Assembly: GCA_028875055.1 (NCBI GenBank)
Contig: JAPPGG010000043.1
Span: forward strand, 65,272-129,271
DNA length: 64,000 nt
Source of the DNA: Chloroflexota bacterium
Lineage (GTDB): Bacteria > Chloroflexota > Dehalococcoidia > Lucifugimonadales > UBA3495
Direction of reading: 5' to 3'
Of this stretch, positions 28,680 to 37,917 are shown piece by piece; within the stretch, counting starts at the first letter, position 1; every line of letters starts with the position of its first letter. The position numbers were made by a program, and so were the translations under genes. The notes beneath the pieces were generated by a model. That model did no database searches. It was given only the letters and a program-made list of their open reading frames with translations, and was not told the DNA's origin.

Positions 28680-29450
28680 TCAGGCCTGCTCGACCTCCGC
28701 ATCGGCGGGCCGCACCAGAATCTGTCCCGCCACGTTGAAGCCCATGGACACCTGGTCCGTGGGCGTGGCCACCGTCATTACCCCCAGGAAGGGCGTGGCC
28801 TCCGCCACACTCACCCTGCTCTCCGGCACAATCTGCGCGCTGTCCAGAAACCGCAACAGGTTGGGGTCGTCTTCGGGAATGCGTTCCACCACGTATTCGG
28901 TGTTCTGCGAGGCGGCGTCCAGGGTGATACAGTTGGGCGGAAGGGCCGGGGCCCCGGCGCCGGGAATAGGACGGCCAAAGGGCGACTTTTCGGGGTGGCC
29001 CAGCCTTTCCCTTAGCCTGGCCTCCAGTTCCCCGGAAATGCCGTGCTCCAGGCGGTGTGCCTCAATATGGGCGGACGCCAGGCTCATGCCCAGCAGGCGT
29101 ACCACCAGCCATTCGGCCAGCCGGTGACGGCGGGCAATATCCTCGCCGCCCTCGAAGCCCTTCCCGGTCAGGCGGATACGCTTGTCCGACCCGATGTCCA
29201 CCAGCCCCTGCTTCTGCATCCGGCGAGTCATACCGGCCACGGAAGGTACCGAGGAGCCCAGGCCTTCGGTAGGAGGAAGCTGCTTGATGGCGTCGGTAAG
29301 CTGGGTCACCGTTGGCGTTACGGCGTCTTCCCACAGCCGGTAAAGGCAGAGCAGGTAGTTTTCCGTAACCGCGGAAAAGCGTTCCAGCCCATCTTCTCCG
29401 TCTTCGAGCACTGCTTCGGCGCGTTCCCGCGGCTTCCTGGCCCTGGGCAT
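28680..29450 (-). CDS. DtxR/MntR-family metal-dependent transcriptional regulator with C-terminal FeoA/SH3-like domain
   Basis: ENYLLCLYRL, winged HTH, metal/dimerisation region ARRHRLAEWLVVRLLGM...AHIEAHRLEHGIS, then a beta-rich tail. Confidence 0.85.
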   Translation of the reverse strand: MPRARKPRERAEAVLEDGEDGLERFSAVTENYLLCLYRLWEDAVTPTVTQLTDAIKQLPPTEGLGSSVPSVAGMTRRMQKQGLVDIGSDKRIRLTGKGFEGGEDIARRHRLAEWLVVRLLGMSLASAHIEAHRLEHGISGELEARLRERLGHPEKSPFGRPIPGAGAPALPPNCITLDAASQNTEYVVERIPEDDPNLLRFLDSAQIVPESRVSVAEATPFLGVMTVATPTDQVSMGFNVAGQILVRPADAEVEQA

Positions 29451-29878
29451 GGCGATACCTCGCTAAAGGGGGTGGCGGCTCAATTCCCGCAGGCTATAAC
29501 GTCACTTAATCCGGCGGATAGCTTGGAATGTATGGATTATACAACGGGTCAGCGGCAATGGTAAAAGAGCAGCCCACGGGCGAAGTCGGGCAAGGGCGGA
29601 CGAGGCTGGCCCTGCGGAGCCGTCTTTCGCCGGCATCAAGGTTTCAGAAAGAAAAACTCCAAAGTGTATGCAGCTGCCCACACGGCTTCACGCAGCCTGG
29701 CTCTTGCCGGGATTGCACAGAGGCCATCGGGTACACAGCTGCCGGTCTTCCGCTGACCGCAGGAATGGCAGGTGGGCAAGAACCCGGTCGAGGGGCCGGT
29801 TGATATCTGTCCCGGAAGCGGCGGAAGCGGAGACTACGCAGGGCTGGACGGCCCAGGGCGGCTGAGACTGCCCGCCTG

Positions 29879-30646
29879 TCAGCCAAAGCCGAAGCTGGCG
29901 CCATTGCCGGGGACAGATACCGGCCCAGGCCGGGACAGGTCGAGGTGGTAGGTGCGGGTTGTCACACCGTCCCGGGCTTGAACGGTAACGGAAAACCGGG
30001 TGACGGCGCCTTCCGCCACGGAAACGTCGGCGGAAAGCCGGTTGCCGGGCGGGTCCTGGGCAGTGGTTTCATCGCCGATGGTGGTGGCAACAATGCGTGC
30101 GCCGACTACCGTAGTCTCGGCGACCACGTTGACGGCGGCAGCATTGACCGTAAGTCCGTAGTGGGTTACATCCGGGTGGAACCCCGGCGCCAACACGGAC
30201 CCGGTCCCGTCCTCGACGACGACCAATGACATCAGGGAGGCATCCTCCAGGGCGGGAACCGGCGGCGTCACCGGCGTGGAGGGAGCGGGCCGGTCCGTTA
30301 CGGTGGGCAAGGCTGGGACCAGGCCATTGAAGCGCGGTTCCGACGAGGCCAGTCCCTCCAGCGAGAAGGAAATTACCCGGAGGTCTGCGGGCAGGCTGCT
30401 GTCGGTACTGTCATATTCCGGCGCCACCACCGCCGGGGGGAACAGAGAGGAACTAACCGAGTCCTGATGAGTCTCGGCTTGCCCGGTTCCGGTTGCCTGT
30501 GGACCAGGCGGGGCAATGCCGGCTACCGGGGACGGTGAGGCGCAAAGGGTTGATATGGTGAATACGACGACAAGCAGGAAAAGGCTCAGGCCCGCCACCA
30601 GGGTGGTGACATCAGGTCCCCGTGAATTTGAGGTTCCCGCTTCCAT
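29879..30646 (-). CDS. Membrane-anchored protein with cadherin-like beta-sandwich domain
   Basis: N-terminal TM helix (LVAGLSLFLLVVVFTISTL), Pro/Ser-rich linker. C-terminal LMSLVV..G...L.PGF.PDVT.Y.LTV......V.........V.......G..T.FSVTVQARDGVTTRTYHLDLSR fits the Cadherin-like (PF12733-type) pattern. Confidence 0.65.
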   Translation of the reverse strand: MEAGTSNSRGPDVTTLVAGLSLFLLVVVFTISTLCASPSPVAGIAPPGPQATGTGQAETHQDSVSSSLFPPAVVAPEYDSTDSSLPADLRVISFSLEGLASSEPRFNGLVPALPTVTDRPAPSTPVTPPVPALEDASLMSLVVVEDGTGSVLAPGFHPDVTHYGLTVNAAAVNVVAETTVVGARIVATTIGDETTAQDPPGNRLSADVSVAEGAVTRFSVTVQARDGVTTRTYHLDLSRPGPVSVPGNGASFGFG

Positions 30647-30931
30647 CGTTTGAGTCTCCCTTCGCTGGCTGGCAGATCGCCGGATTTGCCGCCAGCATCG
30701 TAGTTGAGCGTCATATCCGGGGCCGTCAGGGTCTCTGAGCCCGAAGGCGAGGGCTTCGATTACCGTGGATGCCTTGCCTCGTTTCAGTCAGTGGGACTAA
30801 TTTCGCGTTGGGCCGCGGGCTTCCGGCGAGAATTTCACCCCCACCCTGAGCCTCATCCCTCAAAGGGGAACGGGATAATCGAAAGACCCGGGCCCGAAGG
30901 GGGACAGGGAATCAAGACCCTGATTAGCTCC

Positions 30932-30988
30932 AAATAATTATGAATAATGTTAGATTACTATAGTATTTATTATACTATATTATAATAA
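30932..30988. other. 57-bp almost pure A+T tract
   Basis: aaataattatgaataatgttagattactatagtatttattatactatattataataa has only a handful of G/C in a high-GC genome. Several TATAAT-like hexamers occur on both strands. Lies about 290 bp upstream of the 30646 start. Confidence 0.9.
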
Positions 30989-31278
30989 GCCGGGCAACGG
31001 TGGCAGCCCGGGCTGTTACCCAGCCAAGAGTCAGCTGAAATGAGGGAGTGAGCGGGAACCGCCAACCCTGGCGATCTCCAGGGCGGGCGGACTGTGGCAA
31101 GTTCAACGGAATCGGGGGGTAAATGGAAGGGAAGGGGAATCAGGGTCCGGCGGCCTGTCCTGGAAGCCGTCTCCAGGGCTGGTGAGGGCTGGCGCCTGTT
31201 TCCTGTGGCAACGCACGCAAGGGCGTCAACGCCAGCCCGGCCCTCCCCAAGCGAGGGAAAGGGTTGGGGAAATGGGTC

Positions 31279-32430
31279 CTAGTCCTCGATGGCGACCCCG
31301 TCAACAAAGGGACGAAGGGAGTGGCCGCAGCGAACCTGGGCGCTTACCCGGACGCCGACTTCATACTCGTCGGTATGGGAGAGCAGGCTGCGAACCGTCA
31401 CGCCGCAGTCCAGGGCAACCCAGTACAGGTAGAAGGCGCCCCGGAACTCCCGCTCCACGATGACACCGTTGCCTTCCGCCGAAGGGTAGCAGTCGATACA
31501 GTCGGGGCGGACCATGGCCTCCAGGACACCCTCCCGACGCAGGCCGGACCGCCACCGGGTGGAGCCTATGGAGGTTGAGAAGGTTTCGCCATCCCGCTGG
31601 CCGGGTACGAAGTCCACCATTCCGATGAATTCGGCGACGAACTTGCTGCGGGGGCGGTGGAAAATCTCCTCGGGGGTCCCCTGCTGCTCGATGCGGCCCC
31701 GGTTCATAACAGCGATGGTGTCGCCCACGTACATTGCCTCTTCCTGGTCGTGGGTTACGAAGACGGCGGTGATGCCGCTGGAACGCAGGATGGCAACGAC
31801 GTCGCGGCGCACCTGCTCGCGGAGACCGGGGTCCAGGTTGGAGAAAGGCTCGTCCAGGAGAAGCAGCTCGGGACGGGGAGCCAGGGCCCGGGCCAGGGCC
31901 ACCCGCTGCTGTTGGCCACCGGAAAGTTCGTAGGGCATGCGCTGGGTCAGGCCTTCCAGGCCGGTCAGCTGCACAACTTCGGCCACCCGCTGGGAGCGGT
32001 CCTCACCCTTGGGAAGCCCGTAGGCAATGTTCTGCTCCACGGTCAGGTGGGGAAAGAGCGCGCCTTCCTGGAACACCATGCCAACCCGGCGCTTTTCGGG
32101 GGGAGTGCAGACGCCCTGATCATAAACGGTCTCGGAGGCCACCTTGATGGCGCCCGCGTCGGGGTTGGAGAATCCGGCCATCAGGCGAAGGGCCGTGGTC
32201 TTGCCGCAGCCGCTGGGACCCAGAAGGGCCAGAATGCGACCCCTGGCAACCTGGACGCTGAAACCGTCAAGGGCGACTACGCCGTTGAACCGCTTTACCA
32301 GGTCGAGGCATTCCACCATAGGTTCGTCTTCGCCCCCACCCAACTCCCAATCTGCGGCGCCGCTGCTGGAATCCGCTTCTTGAATCGGCTCCTGCGGGGA
32401 AGTGGCGGCAAGTAGTTCCCTGATTACCAA
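31279..32430 (-). CDS. ABC transporter ATP-binding protein (FbpC/PotA type, with C-terminal TOBE-like domain)
   Basis: Walker A GPSGCGKTT, signature LSGGQQQRVALARAL, Walker B LLLLDEPFSNLD. TTG at 32430 has GGAGG 6 nt upstream. Alternative ATG at 32319 (MVECLD). Confidence 0.88.
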   Translation of the reverse strand: MVIRELLAATSPQEPIQEADSSSGAADWELGGGEDEPMVECLDLVKRFNGVVALDGFSVQVARGRILALLGPSGCGKTTALRLMAGFSNPDAGAIKVASETVYDQGVCTPPEKRRVGMVFQEGALFPHLTVEQNIAYGLPKGEDRSQRVAEVVQLTGLEGLTQRMPYELSGGQQQRVALARALAPRPELLLLDEPFSNLDPGLREQVRRDVVAILRSSGITAVFVTHDQEEAMYVGDTIAVMNRGRIEQQGTPEEIFHRPRSKFVAEFIGMVDFVPGQRDGETFSTSIGSTRWRSGLRREGVLEAMVRPDCIDCYPSAEGNGVIVEREFRGAFYLYWVALDCGVTVRSLLSHTDEYEVGVRVSAQVRCGHSLRPFVDGVAIED

Positions 32431-32941
32431 AGACAGCCTCCGTACACTACAGGGCTTCGATAGACCACTGATATCACCGCATCAGCAATCCTGCCCTGTA
32501 AGCGCATTATATCTTCATCGTCTATTCATCGCCATCTTTTAAGCCGACACAATAATATCGGTTATGACAGACGAATGCAATAGTTTTCGCATATTGATTG
32601 GCCGGAACATACCGCAGTTTGTTTCAAGTGAATTACGCCAACTATCCTCTTATGGTTGGCTATCCGGCGCTGTGTTTCTAAACTGCAATTGTTCGCAATT
32701 TCACTAATTCGGCAACTGGCAGGGATGGCGTAAGCAGACCAACCCTTGGGCTTTTAACCCCGCTCTCCAGAGCCCCCGACGGGGTGTAAAGTAAGAGGTC
32801 TCAAGCCCCGATTCCAGGCCAGACCTCCCTTACCAGCAGTGATTGAGGGCCGCGCAGGGCACAGGTCCCTTTCTGCAATATTGAAACCGGTTTGCGCTCA
32901 GGCTCACTGCCGGCAACACAGGCCAATACCGGTCAAGTATG

Positions 32942-32970
32942 TTGACACTAATAACTAACAGTGTTATAGT
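32942..32970 (+). promoter_or_regulatory. Consensus-like sigma-70 promoter with an embedded palindrome, upstream of the Fe(III)-type ABC binding-protein gene
   Basis: TTGACA (32942-32947), 17-nt spacer, TATAGT (32965-32970). Perfect 5-1-5 palindrome TAACA-G-TGTTA (32956-32966) overlaps the -10. About 200 nt before the ATG at 33171. Confidence 0.55.
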
Positions 32971-33170
32971 CAGCAATCAGTTCAATAGATATAGTAACTA
33001 AAAAACAATGTATATACTTATACCCAGTATTCAGGCAGACCGTTTCATCTCCTTTGGCAGCATTCCTCCCTGGCAGTGGGGATGGTCTTCCTCCAGGTAT
33101 TTTGAGCAAGGCGGCGACTGGTAGCGGGAGGAGATTCTGCAGATCTATTGAGGCGAAAAGGAGGGTATGA

Positions 33171-34238
33171 ATGACTGGAGTTTTGCTTAATGGCCGTTTG
33201 GCCTTGTTGATGATGATAACCGCCGGCTGTCTGGCTCTGCTTGTGAGCGGGTGCACCCGCGAGGTTATCAAGGAAGTGCCCGTAGAGGTTGTGGTAGAAA
33301 AGGAAGTGGACCCCGGGAAGCTGGTGGTTTACTCCGGCCGCAGTGAGTCGCTGGTGGACAATATCATCCAGCAGTTCGCCGAGGCTACCGGCATCGACGT
33401 GGAGGTGAGATACGCCAACACGGGCCAGCTGGCGGCCACGCTGCTGGAAGAGGGGGATAACTCGCCCGCGGACCTCTTCTTCGCCCAGGACCCCGGCGGC
33501 CTGGGGGCCGTGGACTCCATGCTGGAAACCCTGCCGGCGGACCTGCTGCAACAGGTGCCGGAGTGGGCAAGGTCGCCCCAGGGCAACTGGGTAGGCATAT
33601 CCGGACGTGCCCGGACGGTGGTTTACAATACCGACAACCTGGATGAGGCGGACCTGCCCGACGACATGTCCGGCTTTACGGACCCGGCATGGCGGGACCG
33701 CATTGGCTGGGCCCCCACCAACGCCTCATTCCAGACCATGGTGACGGCCATGCGCAGCCAGTGGGGAGAAGAGCGGACGCGGGAATGGCTGGAGGGGGTT
33801 CAGGCCAACAACCCCAAGGTTTACCCCAAGAACACGCCCCAGGTGGCGGCGGCGGCCTCGGGCGAAATTGACGTGGGTTTCGTTAACCATTACTACCTGT
33901 TCCGGTTCCTGGCCGAGGAGGGCGACGACTTTTCGGCGCGCAATTACCACCCCAGGGCCGGCGGGCCGGGCGCCATGGTAATGGTGGCCGGGGCCGGCAT
34001 TCTCACCGGCGCCGAAAACGAGGAAAACGCCGAGAGGTTCCTGGAGTTCATGCTGTCGCCGGTGGCCCAGCAGTACTTCGCCGGTCAAACTTTCGAATAC
34101 CCGCTGGTGGAAGGGGTCAAGACCCAGCGAATCCTGATAGAGCTGGACGACATTGTGAAGCCCGACCTGACCGCGGGAGACCTGACGGACCTGGCCGGTA
34201 CCCAGGCCATGTTGCAGGAGACGGGAGTTCTGCCATAA
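33171..34238 (+). CDS. ABC transporter substrate-binding lipoprotein, Fe(III)/FbpA-AfuA-like (family 1)
   Basis: Signal peptide and lipobox LLVSGC. LVVYSGRSESLVD.II..F...TGI.V.V.Y is typical of iron(III)/thiamine-type SBPs. The exact ligand was not determined. Confidence 0.75.
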   Translation: MTGVLLNGRLALLMMITAGCLALLVSGCTREVIKEVPVEVVVEKEVDPGKLVVYSGRSESLVDNIIQQFAEATGIDVEVRYANTGQLAATLLEEGDNSPADLFFAQDPGGLGAVDSMLETLPADLLQQVPEWARSPQGNWVGISGRARTVVYNTDNLDEADLPDDMSGFTDPAWRDRIGWAPTNASFQTMVTAMRSQWGEERTREWLEGVQANNPKVYPKNTPQVAAAASGEIDVGFVNHYYLFRFLAEEGDDFSARNYHPRAGGPGAMVMVAGAGILTGAENEENAERFLEFMLSPVAQQYFAGQTFEYPLVEGVKTQRILIELDDIVKPDLTAGDLTDLAGTQAMLQETGVLP

Positions 34239-35894
34239 TTGGCACAATTCCCGCCTATGCAAGGACGCGTTCATCCCTTGGCTGCACTGGTACTGAAAAT
34301 TCTCGCCCCGACCCTGCGCCGGGTCGGGGTCATTGACGGCCCCTCTCCTTTCCTGTGGCTTCCGGCCCTGGCCATCGGGCTGTTGCTCTTGATGTCTCCG
34401 GCTTACCTGGTAGTTCGTTCCCTGGGAGCGGGCCAGGAATTCATGGAAGCCTTGCTGCGATGGAGAGTGCTGGAGCTGCTCCTCCGTACCTTGCTGCTGG
34501 TGGGCGTGGTGACCTTCGCATCCCTGTTGATAGCCCTGCCCCTGGCCTGGCTGACGGTACGTTCCGACCTGCCCATGGCAAGGATCTGGGGAGTGCTGGT
34601 AACTCTGCCCCTGGTTATTCCCAGCTACGTTGCCGGCTTCGCCGTTGTTGTTGCGCTGGGGCCCCGGGGTATGCTGCAGGGGTTCCTGGAAGGACTGGTG
34701 GGGCTGGAACGCTTGCCAGACATCAACGGCTTCCCCGGGGCGGCACTGACCCTGACCCTCCTGAGCTATCCCTACGTGTTCCTGACGGTTCGCGCCGCCA
34801 TGCTGAGGCTGGACCCCAGCCTGGAAGAATCCTCCCGGGGGCTTGGCTACAGCTGGCGGGCCACCTTCTGGCGAGTCTCGGTACCCCTGCTGCGGCCGGC
34901 TATGGCCGCCGGAAGCCTGCTGGTGGGTCTTTACACCCTGAGCGATTTCGGAGCCGTTTCCCTGCTGCGATACGAGACCTTCACCTGGGCAATTTTCATT
35001 CAGTACGAATCGGCCCTGGACCGTACCCTGGGCGCCGCCTTTTCCCTTTTCCTGGTGGCGCTGGCCCTGGCGTTCCTGCTGCTCGAGTACTTCACCCGGG
35101 GAAGGACGCGCTACTACCGGGTGGACCAGGGAGTCGCCCGTCCGGCGCAGACGGTGCCCCTGGGCCGGTGGAAGTGGCCTTCCTTTGCGTTCTGTGGCCT
35201 GGTCGCGCTGGTATCCCTGGTTCTCCCCATGGCGGTCCTGGCCTACTGGGTAGTGAGGGGCGTAGCGGCGGGGGAGCCCCTGCTGCTGCTGTGGGAAGCG
35301 GCAGGCAACTCCCTGCTGGTGTCCGCGCTGGCCGCGGGATTCGCGGTGCTGGCGGCCTTTCCCATAGCCACCCTGGCGGTACGCCATTCGGGACTTTTGA
35401 GTTCCTTGCTGGAGCGCATTACCTACGTGGGGTTTGCCCTGCCCGGCATAGCGGTGGCGCTGGGGCTGGTGTTTTTCGGGGCCAACTTTGCCCGGTTGCT
35501 TTACCAGAACCTGGCCCTGTTGATTTTCGCCTACGTGGTGCTGTTTCTGCCCGCCGCCGTGGGGTCTGTCAGGTCGTCGGTCCTGCAGGTGAACCCCCGG
35601 GTGGAGGACGCGGCCCGCAGCCTGGGCCGGACACCGCCCCAGGTTTTTGCGTCCATCACCCTGCCGCTGGTGCGTCCGGGGCTGCTTTCCGGGGCGGCGC
35701 TGGTGTTCCTGCTGACGATGAAGGAACTGCCGGCCACGCTTATCCTGCGGCCCACCGGGTTCCCCACGCTGGCCACATCCATATGGAGCGCAGCCTCCGA
35801 GGCCTTCTTCGCCCAGGCGGCGGCCCCGGCCCTGCTGCTGATCCTGGCCTCTTCAGTGCCGCTGGCATTCCTGATGCTGCGGGGACGCCAGTAA
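34239..35894 (+). CDS. ABC transporter permease, two-domain FbpB-like
   Basis: About 550 aa with two MalFG-type halves (EESSRGLG... and EDAARSLG... EAA loops). Start TTG 34239 or ATG 34257. Confidence 0.85.
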   Translation: MAQFPPMQGRVHPLAALVLKILAPTLRRVGVIDGPSPFLWLPALAIGLLLLMSPAYLVVRSLGAGQEFMEALLRWRVLELLLRTLLLVGVVTFASLLIALPLAWLTVRSDLPMARIWGVLVTLPLVIPSYVAGFAVVVALGPRGMLQGFLEGLVGLERLPDINGFPGAALTLTLLSYPYVFLTVRAAMLRLDPSLEESSRGLGYSWRATFWRVSVPLLRPAMAAGSLLVGLYTLSDFGAVSLLRYETFTWAIFIQYESALDRTLGAAFSLFLVALALAFLLLEYFTRGRTRYYRVDQGVARPAQTVPLGRWKWPSFAFCGLVALVSLVLPMAVLAYWVVRGVAAGEPLLLLWEAAGNSLLVSALAAGFAVLAAFPIATLAVRHSGLLSSLLERITYVGFALPGIAVALGLVFFGANFARLLYQNLALLIFAYVVLFLPAAVGSVRSSVLQVNPRVEDAARSLGRTPPQVFASITLPLVRPGLLSGAALVFLLTMKELPATLILRPTGFPTLATSIWSAASEAFFAQAAAPALLLILASSVPLAFLMLRGRQ

Positions 35895-35914
35895 GCCAAA
35901 CTTTCCAAAAGCTT

Positions 35915-35968
35915 GCGCCCCGCCGTGTTTGCCTTCGGCAGCACGGCGGGGCGCCTTTTCATTTTTTC
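35915..35968. terminator. Strong intrinsic terminator between convergent genes
   Basis: Perfect 13-bp stem GCGCCCCGCCGTG / CACGGCGGGGCGC, 14-nt loop, then CTTTTCATTTTTTC. Confidence 0.8.
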
Positions 35969-36010
35969 ATGGACCATTGAGGCGGCGCATCAGGGTTGAT
36001 GCGGGTGGAC

Positions 36011-37225
36011 TTAGATGGTCAATTCCAGGATGTAGAGGCCACCCTTGAGGCGGTCCACCACGTACATAATGCCGTTTTCGTCCACGTACACGTCGTTAAT
36101 GCCGTTGGAGGGGGCGCCGTCGGGGATCTCCGGCACGAAGTAGGCAACCTCCTCGGGGCGGAAGGGGTCGCTGGTGTCGTAAACGCGTACGCCGGCGTTG
36201 AACAGGGTAGCGAAAATCAGGTTGTCGGAGAAAAAGCAGGTGGACCCGGGCTGATTCTCGTAAACGTTATGGGCGCCGAAGCGGCCGGGGCGGTTGAAGA
36301 AGTCGTCCGTATCCGGCATGGGCAGGGTGCTGATGATGATAGGGTTGGTCTCGTCGCGAATGTCCATCATCCACATCAGCTTGGGGTAGTCCTCGCCGCC
36401 CAGCCGCACCGCTTCCTGGGTCACCAGCATCAGGTCGCGGTTGAACAGGGGCAGAACCGTGTGGGTGAAGCCCGGGAAGGGCGGGGCGTAGTTAATGTGG
36501 CTGACCATCCTGGGGTTGGCCTTGTCCTCGATATCCAGGATGACCACGCCGGAATCCATGTAGGCGCAGTAGGCCCGGTCGGGCCGCTCGGGATAGACGT
36601 TGCCGTTGTGCAGGCGGTGGCCGGCATCGAACTGGGGGTGGCGGGCCGGCATGGGATCGGAGTCCCCTTCGCGGGTTCCGGGGAACCACCAGCGGCCCGC
36701 TTCCTGCGGCGAAGTCGGGTCGGAGACGTCCACGATCATGTAAAACTGATCGTCCTTCTGGTTGCGGGGCTGGAAGTCGGCGGCGCCGGTGGAAAGGTGG
36801 GCATAGTTGCCTTCGACCCACCAGAGGCAGTGGCAGCCGCGGGAGTACTCGCCGCCCAGGTCCATGAAGCCTATCTGGCGGGGTTCCTCGGGGTTGCTGA
36901 TGTTGTACACGCCCATGCCCGTGCCGGGCTGCCCGGGTTCCAGGGACTGGTAGGCCACCAGCATGGTGTCGTCCACGATGGACAGGGAGTTGGAACGCAG
37001 GTGACCATAAGCCAGTTCCGTCTGGGACAGCAGCCTGGGGTTGGCAATGTCGGTGACGTCCACGCTGGTGATGTCCTTGGGCGCGCTCTCGTGGGCCATA
37101 TACAGCACGCGGCGGCCGTCGGAAGTCTCGTGCAGGTGGACGCCTTCGCCGATGTTCCCGTAGCCATTGAGGTCGTGATGGGAGATTAGCCGCATGTTCC
37201 TGATTTCCTGCGTTTGTGTCGCCAT
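36011..37225 (-). CDS. LVIVD-repeat beta-propeller protein
   Basis: Repeated motifs FYMIVDVSDPTSPQ, GVVILDIEDKANPRMV, GVRVYDTSDPFRPEEV, GIMYVVDRLKGGLYILE. Start at ATG 37225 (MATQTQE) after GGAGGA. Confidence 0.75.
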   Translation of the reverse strand: MATQTQEIRNMRLISHHDLNGYGNIGEGVHLHETSDGRRVLYMAHESAPKDITSVDVTDIANPRLLSQTELAYGHLRSNSLSIVDDTMLVAYQSLEPGQPGTGMGVYNISNPEEPRQIGFMDLGGEYSRGCHCLWWVEGNYAHLSTGAADFQPRNQKDDQFYMIVDVSDPTSPQEAGRWWFPGTREGDSDPMPARHPQFDAGHRLHNGNVYPERPDRAYCAYMDSGVVILDIEDKANPRMVSHINYAPPFPGFTHTVLPLFNRDLMLVTQEAVRLGGEDYPKLMWMMDIRDETNPIIISTLPMPDTDDFFNRPGRFGAHNVYENQPGSTCFFSDNLIFATLFNAGVRVYDTSDPFRPEEVAYFVPEIPDGAPSNGINDVYVDENGIMYVVDRLKGGLYILELTI

Positions 37226-37917
37226 TATTCCTCCATTACCTTCATTACTTTTTGCCAAGGATGGGATACGCGAGGTCCTTTCTCCGGTCAGGGTTAGTCT
37301 ATCCACGAAAAATGGATTCAATGAGGATCCTGCTCGAGGGCTATACCTCTAGGCGCCGCCATGGCCATTGCCACGCGGTTCCGATCCCGGTGGGGGTTCG
37401 TTGAAGGGCAAACCGTCGCGGAGGGCCTGCTGCTGACGCTGATACCAGGCTTGCCAGGCCTGGCGTTCTTTTTCCTGCCCTTCTTTTCGGCCAATTTCGT
37501 AGCGATGTTCTTTATATTTTTCTACCAGAAGTTCAAAAACCAAGACCGACACTCCTCAAGCGAGGTTTATGAGCTTTTCCGCCAGATAAACTATGCCGCC
37601 GGCTACTCCCAAGCCACCGAGCGAGATGGCCAGGATGGTCAAGCCTCGCTGCCTGGATTCCAGGGGAGCCACAACGACGCTCAGCCAGGCAATTCCGGCG
37701 GCTAACGCGATTCCGAAGCAAATGCTATGGCATAAACAGAAATCCTGAGCGCTCTAATTGTAACAGCCTCCCCGGGATTTTTCCGGCCTACCTGAATTGC
37801 GGGTTGCAAGCATCACACAGTATTTCATAGCAATCAAGAAGCCTCCCGAGGTACTCTCGGGAGGCCACCAGTGTCTTGCTATGGCCCTGAGTACCAGGGC
37901 GCCCAATGAGCAGCGGT

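Noticed and set aside
37349-37705. Small overlapping ORFs 37349..37552 (-), reading ...EKYKEHRYEIGRKEGQEKERQAWQAWYQRQQQALRDGLPFNEPPP, and 37361..37705 (+).
   Set aside because: They are mutually exclusive. The minus ORF has GAGGA directly abutting its GTG with no spacer. The plus ORF is low-complexity hydrophobic. I cannot decide from sequence alone whether either is real, so neither is called.
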